A DNA stretch of 63,856 nt, filler included, from Choristocarpus tenellus KU-1152 (lineage: Eukaryota; Protista; Phaeophyceae): NCBI GenBank assembly GCA_964200185.2. It is 10 parts of 10 records of this genome, joined end to end, with 100 filler letters (N's around TTAATTAATTAA, not from the genome) between each part and the next. Parts side by side here need not be neighbours in the genome. Positions count along the whole stretch, not along the records: positions 22,911 to 29,827 come from CAXNAD020007069.1; positions 29,928 to 39,359 come from CAXNAD020003678.1; 8 more parts are not named here. The stretch is one strand, 5' to 3'. The translations under genes and the position numbers were made by a program. Positions within the stretch are counted from its first letter, which is position 1; each line of letters opens with the position of its first letter. This document shows positions 25,000 through 38,700 of this stretch, piece by piece. The notes under the pieces were generated by a model. It saw nothing but the letters and a program-made list of their open reading frames with translations. It had not been told where the DNA came from and ran no database searches.

Positions 25000-27900
25000 T
25001 AAGAAAACCTGATTGTAACCTAAAAAGTCAGGTTTTCAGAAGCCGCAATACAACTGTCAACTGTCAAATCATTCTTAAGGTACAGTGCAGGCCTTGCACT
25101 GTGACTATGACGACCGGAAAATTCCTTTTTCGGACTGTCCGTGTGTACATACTTGTTGCTCACAGTGGTTAGAGTGCGAGAAGGAATACATACGTTAATC
25201 AACCACAACATTTCCTCCCCCCAGCCCAAGATGTGCCAGGAGAGGACGCTCAACCCTAGTATGCGTGGAAGGGCAGTGCACGCGTGAAAGGGACGTACAT
25301 GGCATGTGCATGATGTGATCTGAGAGGAACTAGCAGTAAATGTAGTCACTTGACCAACTCACAACGTTGCCTCCAACGCTGCCTGGAGGCCAACACCTTG
25401 GGCATAGGAAGCCACTGCAAGGCAGGCAGGGAGTATAGAGGTAATATTCGATAATCACACAAAACATTTTGTGCACACTCCATTCTTCATGTTCTCCTTC
25501 ATACCACTTGGGTTGAGGGCCATTAGAATTAGGTAGAGGGTCCAACAAATATTTTCTATTGTCTGAAAAATGCATCATCAGACAATGACGAGCAGGAGGT
25601 GTTGTGCAACGAAAAGATAATTGTGATACTCATTGGCAGGCAAAAAGGTTTAAGGAACATAGGCAAATACTCACTCGTAAAAATTGCTACGATTGCTACT
25701 TGAGAACACACAAGACACTCCATGTGCGAAAAATAGTGGTGGTAATTTCCATGCACGAATTCAGGGTCCTGATCTGTACGCCCCCAGTGTTCAGGGTAGG
25801 ATAACAAGAGGCTGGAGGGCAAGGGATCAATGTAAACAAGAAAACAAGATTGACAAGGATAGAAACGAAGGGGATAACAGGGACAGTGTGAAGGAACTCC
25901 ACATAAGAGTGTCCAAAACTTTCGGGAGGAAGAAAAAACATCCCAGGACTATGGTGCAGAGATCGCACAGGTCACAAGGGCATCCAAATATCCACCCAAT
26001 ACCAAAAGCATGCCACCTGGAGCACTGCACAAGAATATAAACCCGAAGTATCAATGCTCTTCCAGTCAACCCCAACTCTACTTGGTGCACAAACACTTCC
26101 ATGATTAGCGTTGTGAACCAAAAGAAATCACAGTAATGATTAGATCAGGTGGAGAAATTTTCAATTGATTGAATTGAGCTCTTGGCACACAAGGTGAAAA
26201 CAAAAAAAAACTCCACAGGTCTCAGCACACAGATCCAAAGCCATGAACATTGACATTGCAGTGAGTTGTGGGTAGTGAGACCTTGTGACGAAGATGTGTT
26301 TCTTCCGTGACCTTGGACATGTTCAGTAGTAACACTTCTGCTTGAATCATGGAAACCCCCCTCCCCCCGAATTTTTTCAGTTGAGCTATTTGGTTATTCT
26401 GATTCATCGAACTGAATGGAATGGATCCAGTTGAACTGTCACGATCCACTAAACTATTCATGCCCCTCGTACCTCTACCTCCACCTCAGATTTCAAGTTT
26501 TTCTCTACTGCAGCTATACCCTTTGCAAAGGAACCCTTGGATATAGTCAGTATTTAGGTGGGGTCATATAGGGTAGATCCAATGCTCCCACCACCACTCT
26601 CCAAATCATATACTTTACCGCTTAACCTTTCAACCTCCTCACACAATGGTGTTGTCCTAGGTCCTGTATCTCTGTGTGCGGGTAAGGATTTTGGGTTCTT
26701 CGTAAGGCTCTTGACACCGTCCTTCACTGCACTAGAAGAATTACTATCAACGCCTTTGTTAGTTTGCTTTGGCTTCTTCTCCTTTCCCTTACCCCTCTTC
26801 GCCCTTTAGGGCTTGGTACTGGACGTAACCTCTCCTGTACCCTCTTTTGAGCGTCTCTCTTGATCTGCGTTGTTGGTCTCACCAGATGGGTCGTTTGTCC
26901 AGGTGAACCTCTGTCTGTTTCCATTCCCAGCTCTGGTGATGCAAAGACCTCCAGGGATTCGTTGTCATCCTCCCTGAACTCAGTTGAGTCATGTAATACC
27001 TGTGATGGAAGCTTGCCCCGGCAGAGATTGAAAACATATTCAACATGCTCACGGCTTACACATCACTATTTGACTCAGCAACCTACCATGACAGGGGGGG
27101 ATATGGTGGGACAGTTGGTGCTGGATTAGGGTATGTTGTTTTCTGTAGTTGGCACAACGAAGACCACATGATAACACACCACTCATTGTAAGCACAGCAG
27201 AATGCAAGGGCATGCAGATATCACAAATCGGTGAGGGAAACAACACAACATTTCGTACATGAGCCCCAACCTGTAATTGTGCACACACAGCAACAAGAAT
27301 GGTACCACATAGAAAGATATTGGGGAATGACCACAACAGTTTGCCGGTGGGAACACGTAGAAATAGAAGGATCTTACTAGCCTGTCTCACCCTGTAGTCC
27401 TTCATAATCTCCTTCCACCATGACCGAAGTTTCTGTGTGGCTACATTCAAGTTGAGGGAGGCATCTTCCTTCACGAACATACTCCAGAATGTTGCAGGTC
27501 TGACAAGAGTCAAGGGCACGAACAGATCGCAGGAGGTGTCTGGAGCATCCTCACCGTGATATTTGAGGTTTATTGGATTTCCTCCCCCACCTTTGACCCC
27601 CTAACAGGTCAGTGAACACCCTCGTGGACTCCATCCACACGCCCTGCTTGTCCTGTTTCTTCTGGTTGAGAAGTTCTCATGAAGCTGCTCTTTCGCTGGC
27701 CATAAGAAAATTGAACAACCGTTCCAAGAAGAGTACAGCCAACGTCTGAGTTGCATTGCAGGGGATCGCCTAAACCTCAGACATCAAATTCCTTAGCTTT
27801 TCCTTTAGCTTCAAGGCGGTGTTTGGGAAGGTACATACGACCACTCCGGATTGTCGTCATTGTTGATGGATGCAGGCATCCCTCTTCATCAGTACGTCAG

Positions 27901-28500
27901 TGACTAAGTCTCCGCTCATTTGTGATTTTACATATCTTTCCCTCCACTCCACTTCCAAATACAAGGGTCCTCTGTTTTGTGGAACCTCATAGGTCCCTCA
28001 CCCAAAACAAAATGTATTGATGTGGCTGTATCCTTGAAGGTGCACTGCCAGCGAAATCAACTACACTTTACACAAACGTCTCAGGCTGCTGCATGACAAA
28101 CCCAATGGAGGACGTGTCTCCTGAACCAGAAGGTTGTTTCAGTGCTGTCACCTCTATGGATGACCCAGTGTCTGATGGTGGGGTAGTTGTAAGTGGATCA
28201 TCAACCACACACCCAGAGAACATTGCAGGTGACCTGTTCACTGATCCGCCTCCACCATTCTCTGTTCTTTGTCGGGGTGTTTGAGTCCTGACCCCGGACA
28301 GAATTTGGACTGAAGAATTGGGGCTGAGAGGCGACGATGGGATGAGCGAGCCACTTGAATGATGGGGGGCCTTCGTTGTCCTAGACATCCCAATAAACAC
28401 CTCCTTTGACAGTTTCACGAGGTTTTTTAACCCTGTCAAATGCAACTTGGTCGACACCTGCTCTGGCGGTCCTGCACAGTCACGACAGCTCACTATCTCA
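25000..28500 (-). mobile_element. Probable decayed LTR-retrotransposon (gag/protease region)
   Basis: Fragmented minus-strand ORFs with a gag-like stretch (LVRPATFWSMFVKEDASLNLNVA) and a degenerate Cys/His knuckle (CANYRKQH). No clean catalytic motif; boundaries approximate. Confidence 0.3.
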
Positions 28501-29658
28501 AAGTTTTCACGCCTTCTAGATGAGAACTAAGCCCCCTCCAGAAGGTTTATCACGTGGGTCGTTCCTGGGCGAAAACGGAGCTTGGAAAAGTAATGCTACA
28601 CTTAATTCCGAACAGAGGAAGTACGTACAAATATGATCCCATTCGAGGAAGAATTACGAGAGTTATGGCCACGTACTACTAACTAGTTCCACCCGTAATA
28701 ATAGTGCTACGTTAATTCAGACTATTCCTCCTATTGTGACAAGTTACTAGACACAAACTTGTCCATATAGCTCACTCGACATCACATTCGAGTGTGTCTT
28801 CCACTTCTTGATGATCAGGCAGGCAATACTCCTATTATGTACTGCACACTGTACGATTAACATGTCAACACTTATCCTCGTATATACAGAATATTGTAGT
28901 ATATATTTGCACTACATATATAGTACGAAATATCTGCCATATACCATCACACCTGTTACGCAAAAATATGAAGAGATGATCAACAGCAATTGAAAATAGA
29001 CCACCCAGCAACGACCATTATCATTATGCATGGCCCCAAAGTTCATTATGGTGAGAACAAATCGGTTGTTGTTCTAGATACCTTGAAGTACAAGATCTCC
29101 ATCAATAAATTACACCTCACCATGATAACTATCATTTTTGGTTTCATTAATGTTTTTTTTTTGCCATAATTTTTTATAGTCATGAAGAACAACCATGGTA
29201 CTTTTGCAACCTCAAGTAGAACAAATAAGCGATGATAAACACCACACTTGCACACAAATTTCAAAATGATACTGACAGACAGGCATGCTCTTCTTGCCAA
29301 GGTCCTCAACATATGACACAGGATGCACAAGTGAACAACAAGAAGTCAAACTGAGCACGACTACACAATTGACTGGACTCCTCAACAGCAACTCCTAGTA
29401 GTCTCAGAAAATGGGGATATTGCTCGGCCTCAGATAATCAAAAGTTGTGCTTGCCTTCCAGTGATTTAGTATTGCAGGTTTAACTGACAGCAAATGTGTA
29501 AAAGTACCATGGTCGTTCTTCACCAACACCTGAAGTTCCAAGGAAATAAAAAAGACAGCAGCCCACCGCGTTAAAGTGCCTATTATTTTGGTGCTTGGAG
29601 TGCTACAACAAGCTACTAATACTGCTTAAGCTGTAAGAAGTATTGAATGGTTCTAGAA

Positions 29659-29827
29659 GGCTCAAAGTATCTGGGGGTGGCGGGGTGGCGGCTGTCCAGT
29701 TGGGGCCATTTTTTTCCATGTCGCGATTTTTGGGTGATTTGGTTGCGTATGTCGGATGGATAATGTAAGTGCACTTTTCCTGGTTATGACCCAAATGGAC
29801 ACCCTGGTGTAGACCCCCCCTCCACCC
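29659..29827. mobile_element. MITE subfamily A, reverse orientation, truncated by contig end
   Basis: GGCTCAAAGTATCTGGGGG... is the reverse-complement match to 17641-17821. Confidence 0.85.
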
Positions 29828-30330
29828 NNNNNNNNNNNNNNNNNNNNNNNNNNNNNNNNNNNNNNNNNNNNTTAATTAATTAANNNNNNNNNNNNNNNNN
29901 NNNNNNNNNNNNNNNNNNNNNNNNNNNTCGCGATCACGCCGGACATCAAGACAGATTCTCGGCCTGGAACCTGGCGTCGGCCATCATGAGACACCCGGCA
30001 AAGACTGATGCCCAGACTCGGTTCACCGCCGTGAGGAGCCTCCTGTCCGCGACGAGCCTTAAATGCGCCAAGCTTTTCAACACGCTTAAGCGCCTAATAC
30101 AAACTCTAGCTAGGGGAGGCGCAGCCGGACTGGTTTTTGAATTAGGTGTTGCATCACTCATGGCTTCTGATGGGTCTCACATGGGGTAAGAAGAAACTCA
30201 TCAGAGTGGGTGATATAGAATTTATCTAGAAGGAAGGTGTGGATGAAGAAGAGATCACCAAAGCCAGCGTTCGAGAGCTACAATACAACAAGCTGCTCGT
30301 TCATGCTACTTCTCACTCCAACGAGAGGTA

Positions 30331-30516
30331 GGAGATCGTGGAGAGCCCGGGAGCGCTCTGTCCGCGAGGACTGAGAAAAAAGCTGGCCGAGGTGGAAGCC
30401 GGGATACGACTGGTCACCGTATTGGAGATCGTGGAGAGCCTGGGAGTGCTCTGACCGCGAGGACCGTGAAAAAGGCTGGCCGAGGTGGCAGCCGGGGTAC
30501 GACTGGTCATCATATT
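30331..30516 (+). repeat. 93-bp direct duplication within the Copia gag region
   Basis: GGAGATCGTGGAGAGCC...GATACGACTGGTCA occurs twice in tandem. Confidence 0.8.
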
Positions 30517-31388
30517 GACCCTGGGACGACAGGATCTCCAGGGGGCTAACCCAGGCCCGACAGAGATGTGATAAGTGTGGATTGGTTAGATATTTCGGTT
30601 CCAGTAAATCTGAAGGACCTGAAGGACCGTATTACAGCTGCGGGAAGAATGGCCACCCGTTCTAGCTGTGTTCCCCTAGAGGAGGGCAAACCCGTTAGAG
30701 TCAGCGGGAATACTAGCTGAACCAGGTGAACCAGCTAGGGACTGAAGGAAGTTCAAGACCATGTTAGCCACTGTGGCTGATAATGGCAAGGTGAGATTGA
30801 ATGCTTTCAAAACGTGGAGTTTTGATTCGGGTGCTTCCAACAGTGTAATGAAAGACTCACAGTACATGTATGACTTCACCACATGTCCACAAGGCCACAA
30901 CATGACCCTGGCTGACGGCACATCACCACCCATTATGGGGGATGGCAAGATTGATTTAAATTTCAATGTTGGCCGTGATGAGCGGGTGCATGGTACTCTG
31001 ACGTCTGTTGCATTTGTTCCGAAAGTAGCTTTCAATCTTCTCTCTTCACATTCTGCTAGTAGGAATATGATGATGGGGTGGATGAGGCCAAGGACAGCCA
31101 ATGTGAAAGGGAATTACGACGACTCAGCATTGGCAATGGTGAAGACAACATCCTTCCCCACCGCACCAGATCAGGCAATTATCCTACTTCCGCCAAAGCT
31201 TCCTTTTTTGACTTTCCAATTTTTTTATGACTTGTTTGTCTGTTTCCATAGAGACTGCCCTTGTGATGTGTGCGAATGATGATTCTATTTGAGTGTTAGT
31301 GGATGAGCTCCCTCCAGAACCCAAGAGTGTAAGAGCAGCATGTAGCTCTCCCGAATGTGATTTATGGGATTGAGCTAGAGCAGAAGAG

Positions 31389-33116
31389 ATGTCTGGTTTG
31401 TTGTTGAATAATGTTTGGGCGGAGGCCCTATTACCCCCTGGACGCAGGGCTATAGACACTAAATGGATTCACAAGCGTAAGACTAACAAATTTGGTGAGG
31501 TAGTTAGATACAAGGCACATTCGGTAGCAAAATGTTTTCGACAGATTGAGGGTTTAGATTACCAAGATACCTTTGCACCAACACCGTCCCCTGCATCTTT
31601 GAAAATGGTTTTAGCTTTAGCTGCAGACAAGAATCGGGAATTGAAGCATTGGGATGTGAAACAGGCATTCATACAAGCAGATATAAATGAAGATATTTTT
31701 GTTCGTTTATGTGATGGATGTGGTATATGGTCTGGAAAGATTGTGCGTTTGATCAAGGCACTTTATGGCACCAAACAGGCAAGCAAAGAGTTTAATAATC
31801 TGTTGGTACACGTTTTGGAAAAGTGTGGTTTTGAGCAATGCAAAGCAGACCCTTGTGTGTTACGCTATGTAAGAGATGGTGTTGTTTGCGCTGTGATAGC
31901 CCCCCACGTAGATGATCTATTGTTAGCTGGTAAAATTGATGTTTTAATTTGGGTTCGCTCTAGGATCAAAGAGCAATTTTCCTTAGAAGACTTTGGTGAT
32001 ATTGAGTATTATATGGGTTGTGAGATTTCACGAGACAGAACTGCACAGACTGTCACCATCAGTCAGACTAGGTACATTAAGAGTGTGTGTCAAAGATTTG
32101 GTATGGATGGGGCAAAGAAGAGGTCGGTACCCCATGATCTCTCAAGGACTCTAGACAAGAGTGAGAATCATCCAAGTGTTGATGAAAATGCACCATACAG
32201 AGAGGCAGTTGGTAGTTTGATGTGGGCATCTGTTATGACCAGGAGTGAAAGTATCTTAGAGGGTACGAGTTTTTCCCTTTTTGTCCATTTGGGGCTTGGC
32301 TTCCCACGGGTGTTTTATGACATTTTGCCTACTACTCCGAAATGTTTCAGAGTAGGTAAAATGTGTACGTTATGAAAAGCTGTGTCCGAACAAGGATACT
32401 GACACTTCCTAACAAACACGATAGCCAAAATTACATCAAATTCACAACATTGGATTCTGGCCTCCAAATGGACACCGCTCTACCCTCTAAGATACTATGT
32501 TTCCAGGCTTGATATTGCAAATGCAGTTCGTGAAGTTGCCAAGTACAGTAGCAATCCCAAAGTCACGCGTGCAGTGAAATGCATTTCAGCATATTTGAAT
32601 ACATGTCCCAGTGTTGGATTGAGTTTTGGTGGTTTTGATACTGAGTGTGAGTTGAGTGCGTATGTTGATGCGAGTTATGCTGGAGACTGGAATGATCGTA
32701 GATCAGTGACTGGAGGAGCAATTATGTTTGCAGGAGGAGCAATATCTTGGATGTTAAAGGTACAAAGAGTTGTAGCTCTGTCTTCCATAGAGAGTGAATA
32801 CATAGCTCTTAGTAGTGTGGCACGGGAATTACTTTTCTTGAGAAGTGTTTTTGAGTTTATTCAGCCACAGTTTCCTAGGCGTTGCATTGAATTGTTTGAG
32901 GATAGCGATGGTGCATGCAAACTGGTGTGAAATGCCACAAGCTCTACTAGAACAGAGCACATTGATGTCCGACACCATTTTCTGAGGGATTTATCTCGAA
33001 AAGGAGAGATTCGTGTTGTTTTTGTTGGTACTGCAAATCAGAGGGCAGATGTATTCACCAAGAATTTGCCAGTCCGAGTTTTAAGACAACATATAAAGTT
33101 TTTGATAAACATGTGA
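31389..33116 (+). pseudogene. Copia reverse transcriptase-RNase H, split by a MITE and a stop
   Basis: ORF 31389-32242 rejoins at 32507 as MTRLDIANAVREVAKY once the MITE and one CAG are removed. In-frame TGA at 32928-32930. Confidence 0.9.
32243..32503. mobile_element. MITE subfamily B (~260 bp) inserted in the Copia RT
   Basis: GAGTGAAAGTATCTTAGAGGG...CCCTCTAAGATACTATGTTTC with CAG duplicated. Confidence 0.9.
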
Positions 33117-33123
33117 CACAACA

Positions 33124-33380
33124 GAGCCAATGCATCTTAGAGGGTAGAGTCACGTCCATTTGGGGGTCAAAATCCAATGTTGCGATTTTGATGTCATTTT
33201 GATTATCGTGTGTTAGGAGATGTCAATATCCATGTTCCGGACACACCTTTTCATAACCTATACATTTTACCTACTTCTTAACATTTTGGAGTAGGTAAGC
33301 ATCATAAAAAGAAATATGGGAAGCCAAGTTCCAAATGGACAAACAGGGAAAAACTCGTACCCTCTAATATACTTTTACTG
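33124..33380. mobile_element. MITE subfamily B
   Basis: GAGCCAATGCATCTTAGAGGG...CCCTCTAATATACTTTTACTG with AACA on both flanks. Confidence 0.85.
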
Positions 33381-33799
33381 AACATGTGTGTTTTATTTTA
33401 TTTTTTTGTTATTGTGATTGTTTGAGAGTTAATACTTGTTTTCAGCAAGGGGAGGATGTCGAATAATCTAGTGTTATCCTTACATTATCTGTGCTGATCC
33501 AAGTAAACAACATAGCTTATGTGTACTTTGATCTTCAGTATAGTACAATACAAGGTAGTAACGTACACAGCGGTATGTTATGGTGAGTTAGGGGGACATT
33601 ACAAATGGTATAGTGGGACAATAGCATCAAGTGAACAATACCTTGCGGATAATTAATAATTCAGTGTATGCTTTACCAAGTAATTCAACTGCTAGCTTTC
33701 GGCGAAGAGCCTTACGTGCGCCAAGCTTTTCAACAGCTATGTCAGTTAAGAAAAATAAGCCTCTTTCTACTAGTATGCATCACACAGTTGTGATCAAAC

Positions 33800-34830
33800 C
33801 AACAAAGAAAGCATGCTGACGCTGGTATAATACAGTGGTCTGATCCCACTACCAAGACATTGTGCATTACTACTTTGCATTCGTGATGTTGATCGGCGTG
33901 ACGTGTGAGAATGTAATCAAGATGAAGGTACCCCATCTCCCCCCTGTTGCCCTGTTGCTCAAGTATTTGTGGGACCCTTTCTCCTTGGGTTAACTGAAAA
34001 AAGCGTCTGGAAAAGTGAGTGATACTAACCGAGAGGCATACCCATGGGTGCACTGTAAGGATCCCTAGAAATACGAAAAGGAACTTTGCTCAATTGTGGC
34101 CTTCTCTTTCGTAGAAACACTTTCGTTTTGGGGGGCTTCCATTGTGCATGTAAACAGGAAAGTAGGGTGTATTGCACAAAGGTTGAAAAAAGGCAAATAA
34201 TGCGAAATGACCAGAACATGTTGTTCTCTCCGTCTGACCAAGTGGAAGTCTGCTCATCTCTGAACGTCAACAGGCGGTCACTATTTATATTAAGACTCCA
34301 CCCCCATATACCTTAAGTATCCTGCTGTCATGATTCACCCCTCGCTAAATCTCTCCCTCCAGTGCGGGTGTTTACGTTCATCATGATAAAATGCTTATCA
34401 TTGACGAGAAACTACTACACTAAAGTGTTTGGACCCAGATAATGTCCTTGGCCATCTGAAACTCTTCTGTTGGGACAAATCCCAAAACAGAGGAAACCCC
34501 AGTTACATTGCCTGTCATCAGTAACTAAACTTTATTATCCGCTCACTTAGGTACGCTATTCCATGGGAGGTCTGTTTTTTGGATGGACTACCACTACCAA
34601 AACCCACTCCATTGTTCCCTATATACTGTCCTCCCCTCCACTGAAGAAGAACATTCCGTAGTTAGACTCAGAGAGTTCAAGGCCATAATTTCCACCTTGT
34701 ACTGCCTCTTAGACTCCAATCATATCTCATCGACAATCCCAAGCCTGTTTAATGACTAATGTTGCATGACCCACTTTCTCCCACAGCCATGGTTGCAACA
34801 TCCCAGGTGGGTACAGTCAGTTCTCAAGCC
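33800..34830 (-). mobile_element. LINE (RTE-like) APE endonuclease domain remnant
   Basis: Degenerate APE motifs in the expected order on the minus strand: TWDVATM, DMIGV*E, GMFFFSG, GNNGVGF, YLSERIIK, GFVPTEE..KDIIW, FIMMNVNTRTG, LNINSDRLLTF, HLDYILTRHAD, SDH. Confidence 0.7.
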
Positions 34831-35784
34831 TGGAATTGTTGGGGTCCCAAGGCAAATTGTGTATGAAGTGCCGGGGGGCCCTTCCTTCTATCTCAACAGT
34901 CCTCTACTTTATTCAGGGCATTCTCGAGAATATTTCTATTTATGCATTGATTCTCGCTCCGAGAGGAGTCGTCCGCAACGTGGAACTCATTTATCGTATG
35001 AAGGAGTTCAAGGAAGGTACTGCTAGCATGCAAGACGTTCATGAAGTGTTTGACTTCATTTTCAACACAACTATATGACCGGTTTGGGTCTTGTGTAAGT
35101 AAAACCCACCTCTTAGCTGGGACCCTGAAAGCCTTGAACGTAAATTTTGGAAGCAGAGCATCACCATCAGTCTTTCTTCAGTCATTCCTTCTTCGCCTGC
35201 AAGTTACCAAACACCAAGTTATTGGGCTAGCGAGTATCGTCCTTACGCGCCACGAAACCCGCGAAAAGCAGACTTAGTATGCGGGTATAGCTGTCGTTGT
35301 CCTTTCCACACAGTTTTTACACTACTACTATTGTATTGTTGTGTGGATCATTCAACACTTGTTCCGGAGAAAGGAAGCCAACTCCTTCCGTTACATCAGA
35401 CAATAAATTATTTTTCTTTTGATCGGACACTGATTTGATTTTTCAAAATGCATCAATAATGGCGAAATAAAATATTCCCACTTTACAAATACACTTGGTC
35501 ACAATATTACAAACGTAGACGTTTCAATATGTCTTCCCCTTCCCCAAACAACATCGTGCCTCAAATTACAACTCTCAGCTCTCACTCACTGAAGGTTGGC
35601 AAAGTCCGACCCTCTAAGAGCACTGGGCAAGAAATTGGGTCGAATTCGATTGATCTCTAGCTCTCCTCGGCTTGCCGCAGTCTGCTGTACCTTTCACAAG
35701 GCAAAGTCATTGTACCGTTGTTGAGAGGTTTGGGTGTGAGGGACCTTTTTGGGCATATCGAAGTCCACTTCATCCCAACGAGAC

Positions 35785-38700
35785 ATGGCTCTGGTGAATG
35801 TGACTAACGTGGTGGTGCTGGATAACCCCACTAAGTTTACAAATCCTTTCCAATTCGAGGTCACTTTCGAATGCCTGCAGGAATTGGAGGCAGGTGAGAA
35901 CCTCATGTCGTTCTTGTTACCTGAGATAGGCGCCACCTGGTGAAATTGCTTATTTATCCGACGAGAAGGATTCTTCAGGGGCGATTTAACTGTGCAAAGT
36001 GAAGAAACCGTCGCGATCTAAGGCCCAAGTTTGCCCAACTCTATTACACCGTTCCTGTGAGAAAATGCTTGCGTGAAGGTTAATGTTGTTTTCGTAGTTT
36101 GTGTAGTGTCTCTCGTTAACGAATGTCGTGAAACTTTGGGTTTCCTGGCCCGATTGTGTAAGGGATGAGAAGAAATGCTGATCTGGGTTTATACTTTTAT
36201 GAAAGCTTATGGACATGCTTCGATTAGTTCGAAGTGTGCATAGGCGAGATCATCGACTGTTTGTTTAAAAAAAATCTAATTGAGGACGCTGCATCTTTTT
36301 GTTTTGGCTTGTTTTTGAAGTAGGGTAGAGGACAAAACGATCGCTCTGCCCTTCTGTTTCTCTGTAGTGATGATTTTGGACAGATAAAGATTGCTTATAC
36401 TTTGGATTGTCGATATTAAGCGAGACTCTTGAACCAGAGAGGGTGCTCTTCACGATTTTTCTCCCGCCCTTTTAAGCTTGACGTCCCCATCCCATTTTTC
36501 CTCCTTTCTCTCCTGCCTTGCTAACATTCTAACCTCCTCCTCAGACCTGGAGTGGAAGGTAATATATGTTGGAAGTGCTGAAGATACCCGATTTGACCAG
36601 GTAAGGTATACGAGAGCACACCAAGCAGCCAAAATGGGCGCATATTTTTTGCGTATTCTGTCATACTTGTTGGGAGGCGTTCTTCACATGCCGTAGCCTT
36701 ACTGATTGCTCAGGGGAGGAAATTCATTTGGAGAGTTTTTTATGACAATTACTTGCCTGCACCACACAAGGAGCCTGTCTTGGCACACAACCAATGTTGC
36801 TTTTGTTTATGTTGGCCCAGTGAATTTCCTAATCCCAACCTCACTTTTGTGATAAGAGAAGTTGCGAAGAGCCACCATGTCCAGCAAAGGGGGAACTCAT
36901 GAAGCGCCAGAGCAGATCAAAGGAATGATCCACGAGAGAGCTCAACCTGTACCTCAACCTTCTCCCTCCAAACTTTTCATCAATAAACCCCACTTTCCCA
37001 CTTCCCACTTGTTGTTTTTTGCTTCGCTCCAGGTTCTGGAGGAGGTTGATGTGGGCCCCATTCCCATGGGGGTCAACAAATTTGTCCTTCAAGCAGGTGA
37101 AATGGACAATGGAAGGATTGAGAGGCTTCCCCCCTGCTGCCCTCTGTTGCCCAACCCTTTCTCCACTACACCAGATTATTCTGGGCGTAGTTCTTGTGTT
37201 CTGTGCTCTGTGCTATTTTTTTTTAAAGTGGTTCAACACCAATAGATAAGCCATGCACTTGACCGTGAAAATGATGGCAACTCTTCTCCCACTGTGTCCC
37301 CTTCCCATATGCAAATCTACATGCTCCTCAAATTTGTCTCCATTGATCCTGTGCTGTCTACAAAATGCACAGTTCCGGTGATGTCTTTTACGTTGCTTTT
37401 GCTTCTACAATCAAGGAAACTTCCATCTTTTTTCTGTATTATTTTTTCTTTTGAGTAGCACCAAAAAAATAAATCAACTGCAACAACTACCTGTGGCAGA
37501 TGCCCCGGACCCAGCCACTATACCTCCCACGGACCTGGTGGGTGTAACTGTGACATTGATAACCTGCTGCTACAGGGGGAGGGAATTTATCCGGGTGGGG
37601 TATTATGTCAACAATGAGCACATTGATCCCAGGGTGAATGCGGCTATCCAGGTGAGAGCAAGTGGTCCAACCCACAAGTCTTCTTCCTGACCATATCCCT
37701 TTGAAGGTCGACTTATCCTCTTCAGTACTAGTGTGCTTTGCTTGATGCATGTGGATTAGATGTTGATGAGGAGGTGATATGCCAGTATATGTAATGTAAG
37801 CATGTAGAGGGAAAGGTGTAGCAGTTTTGACAATACTTACAATACCCTTATCCTTTCCTACCACCTTGAATGGGAATGGGTTTTCCTAGAATGTAGGGAA
37901 TAGATTTTGTGTTCTGTGGGCAGGGCAGGGTAAAGGGCGGGTGCCAGAAAGAGGAGAGGGGAGTATTGCAGATAGTCGTGCTCACTCTAGCAAAATGTGT
38001 ACCTTGATTTCGACGAGATATGTCCTTCAAAGCACCAAGAAGTACTTACTGAACTTGTTTACATTCATTTACCTACAATGTACTGCTCCGTTGTTTGTCC
38101 TATACTGATAGCATTTGCCGATCGATGCTCCAAAACTTTCCCTGCTTGATGTTCCCTTGTCTTGGGCAGGAGGGGCATATCCCTCCGCCTGAGACGTTGG
38201 ACCCTCTCAGCATAATGCGAAATATTCTGGCGGACAAGCCACGGGTGACGAGATTCCCAATAGACTGGACTGCTGTCGGCGATGCGGGTGAAGCGGGAGC
38301 AGGTGTAGGAGCGGAAGGGGTTGCTGTGAACACGGCGGAGGGGATGGTGGAGGCTGAAGCAGGGGTCGAAGGAGATGAAATGTATGGGGCTGAAGAGGTG
38401 AGAAGGGAGGCGATGGGGGAGGGGAGAATGATAGTTGTCTGAAGTGAAGTATGTGTGGCATGTTAGCAATGAACTCTACGAGTGCAGTCCCTGGATCCCT
38501 GTAGTTGTAGATTTTATTTAATTTTTGTGAATCTTTCTGGTTGAAGGTGGATGTACAGCACTACGTACCCTGCCTGCACTGTAACCCAGATTGAAGGGTG
38601 TTTTTGTATTTGTGGTGTGGGCGTTTGGTATATCTTGCCCCGGGATGCCTCACCCAAGTAGCCATGATCAAGAAACCTAATCAAGCTTGTACTGTGAGCC

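Larger units (their letters stand above)
29928..33630 (+). mobile_element. Ty1/Copia LTR retrotransposon, decayed, integrase deleted
   Basis: Knuckle remnant YSCGKNGHPF*LC (~30630); protease WSFDSGASN (~30815); RT (KWIHKRK, DTFAPT, HWDVKQAFIQ, KALYGTKQA, HVDDLL, YREAVGSLMW); RNase H (AYVDASYAGD, VALSSIESEY, HIDVRHHFLR, QRADVFTK); PPT AAGGGGAGGA at 33447-33456, then LTR starting TG at 33457. Confidence 0.92.

Noticed and set aside
34766-35078. Plus-strand ORFs after a CAG acceptor-like site as a host exon
   Set aside because: The opposite strand carries the start of the LINE APE domain, and the plus-strand peptides are not recognisable.
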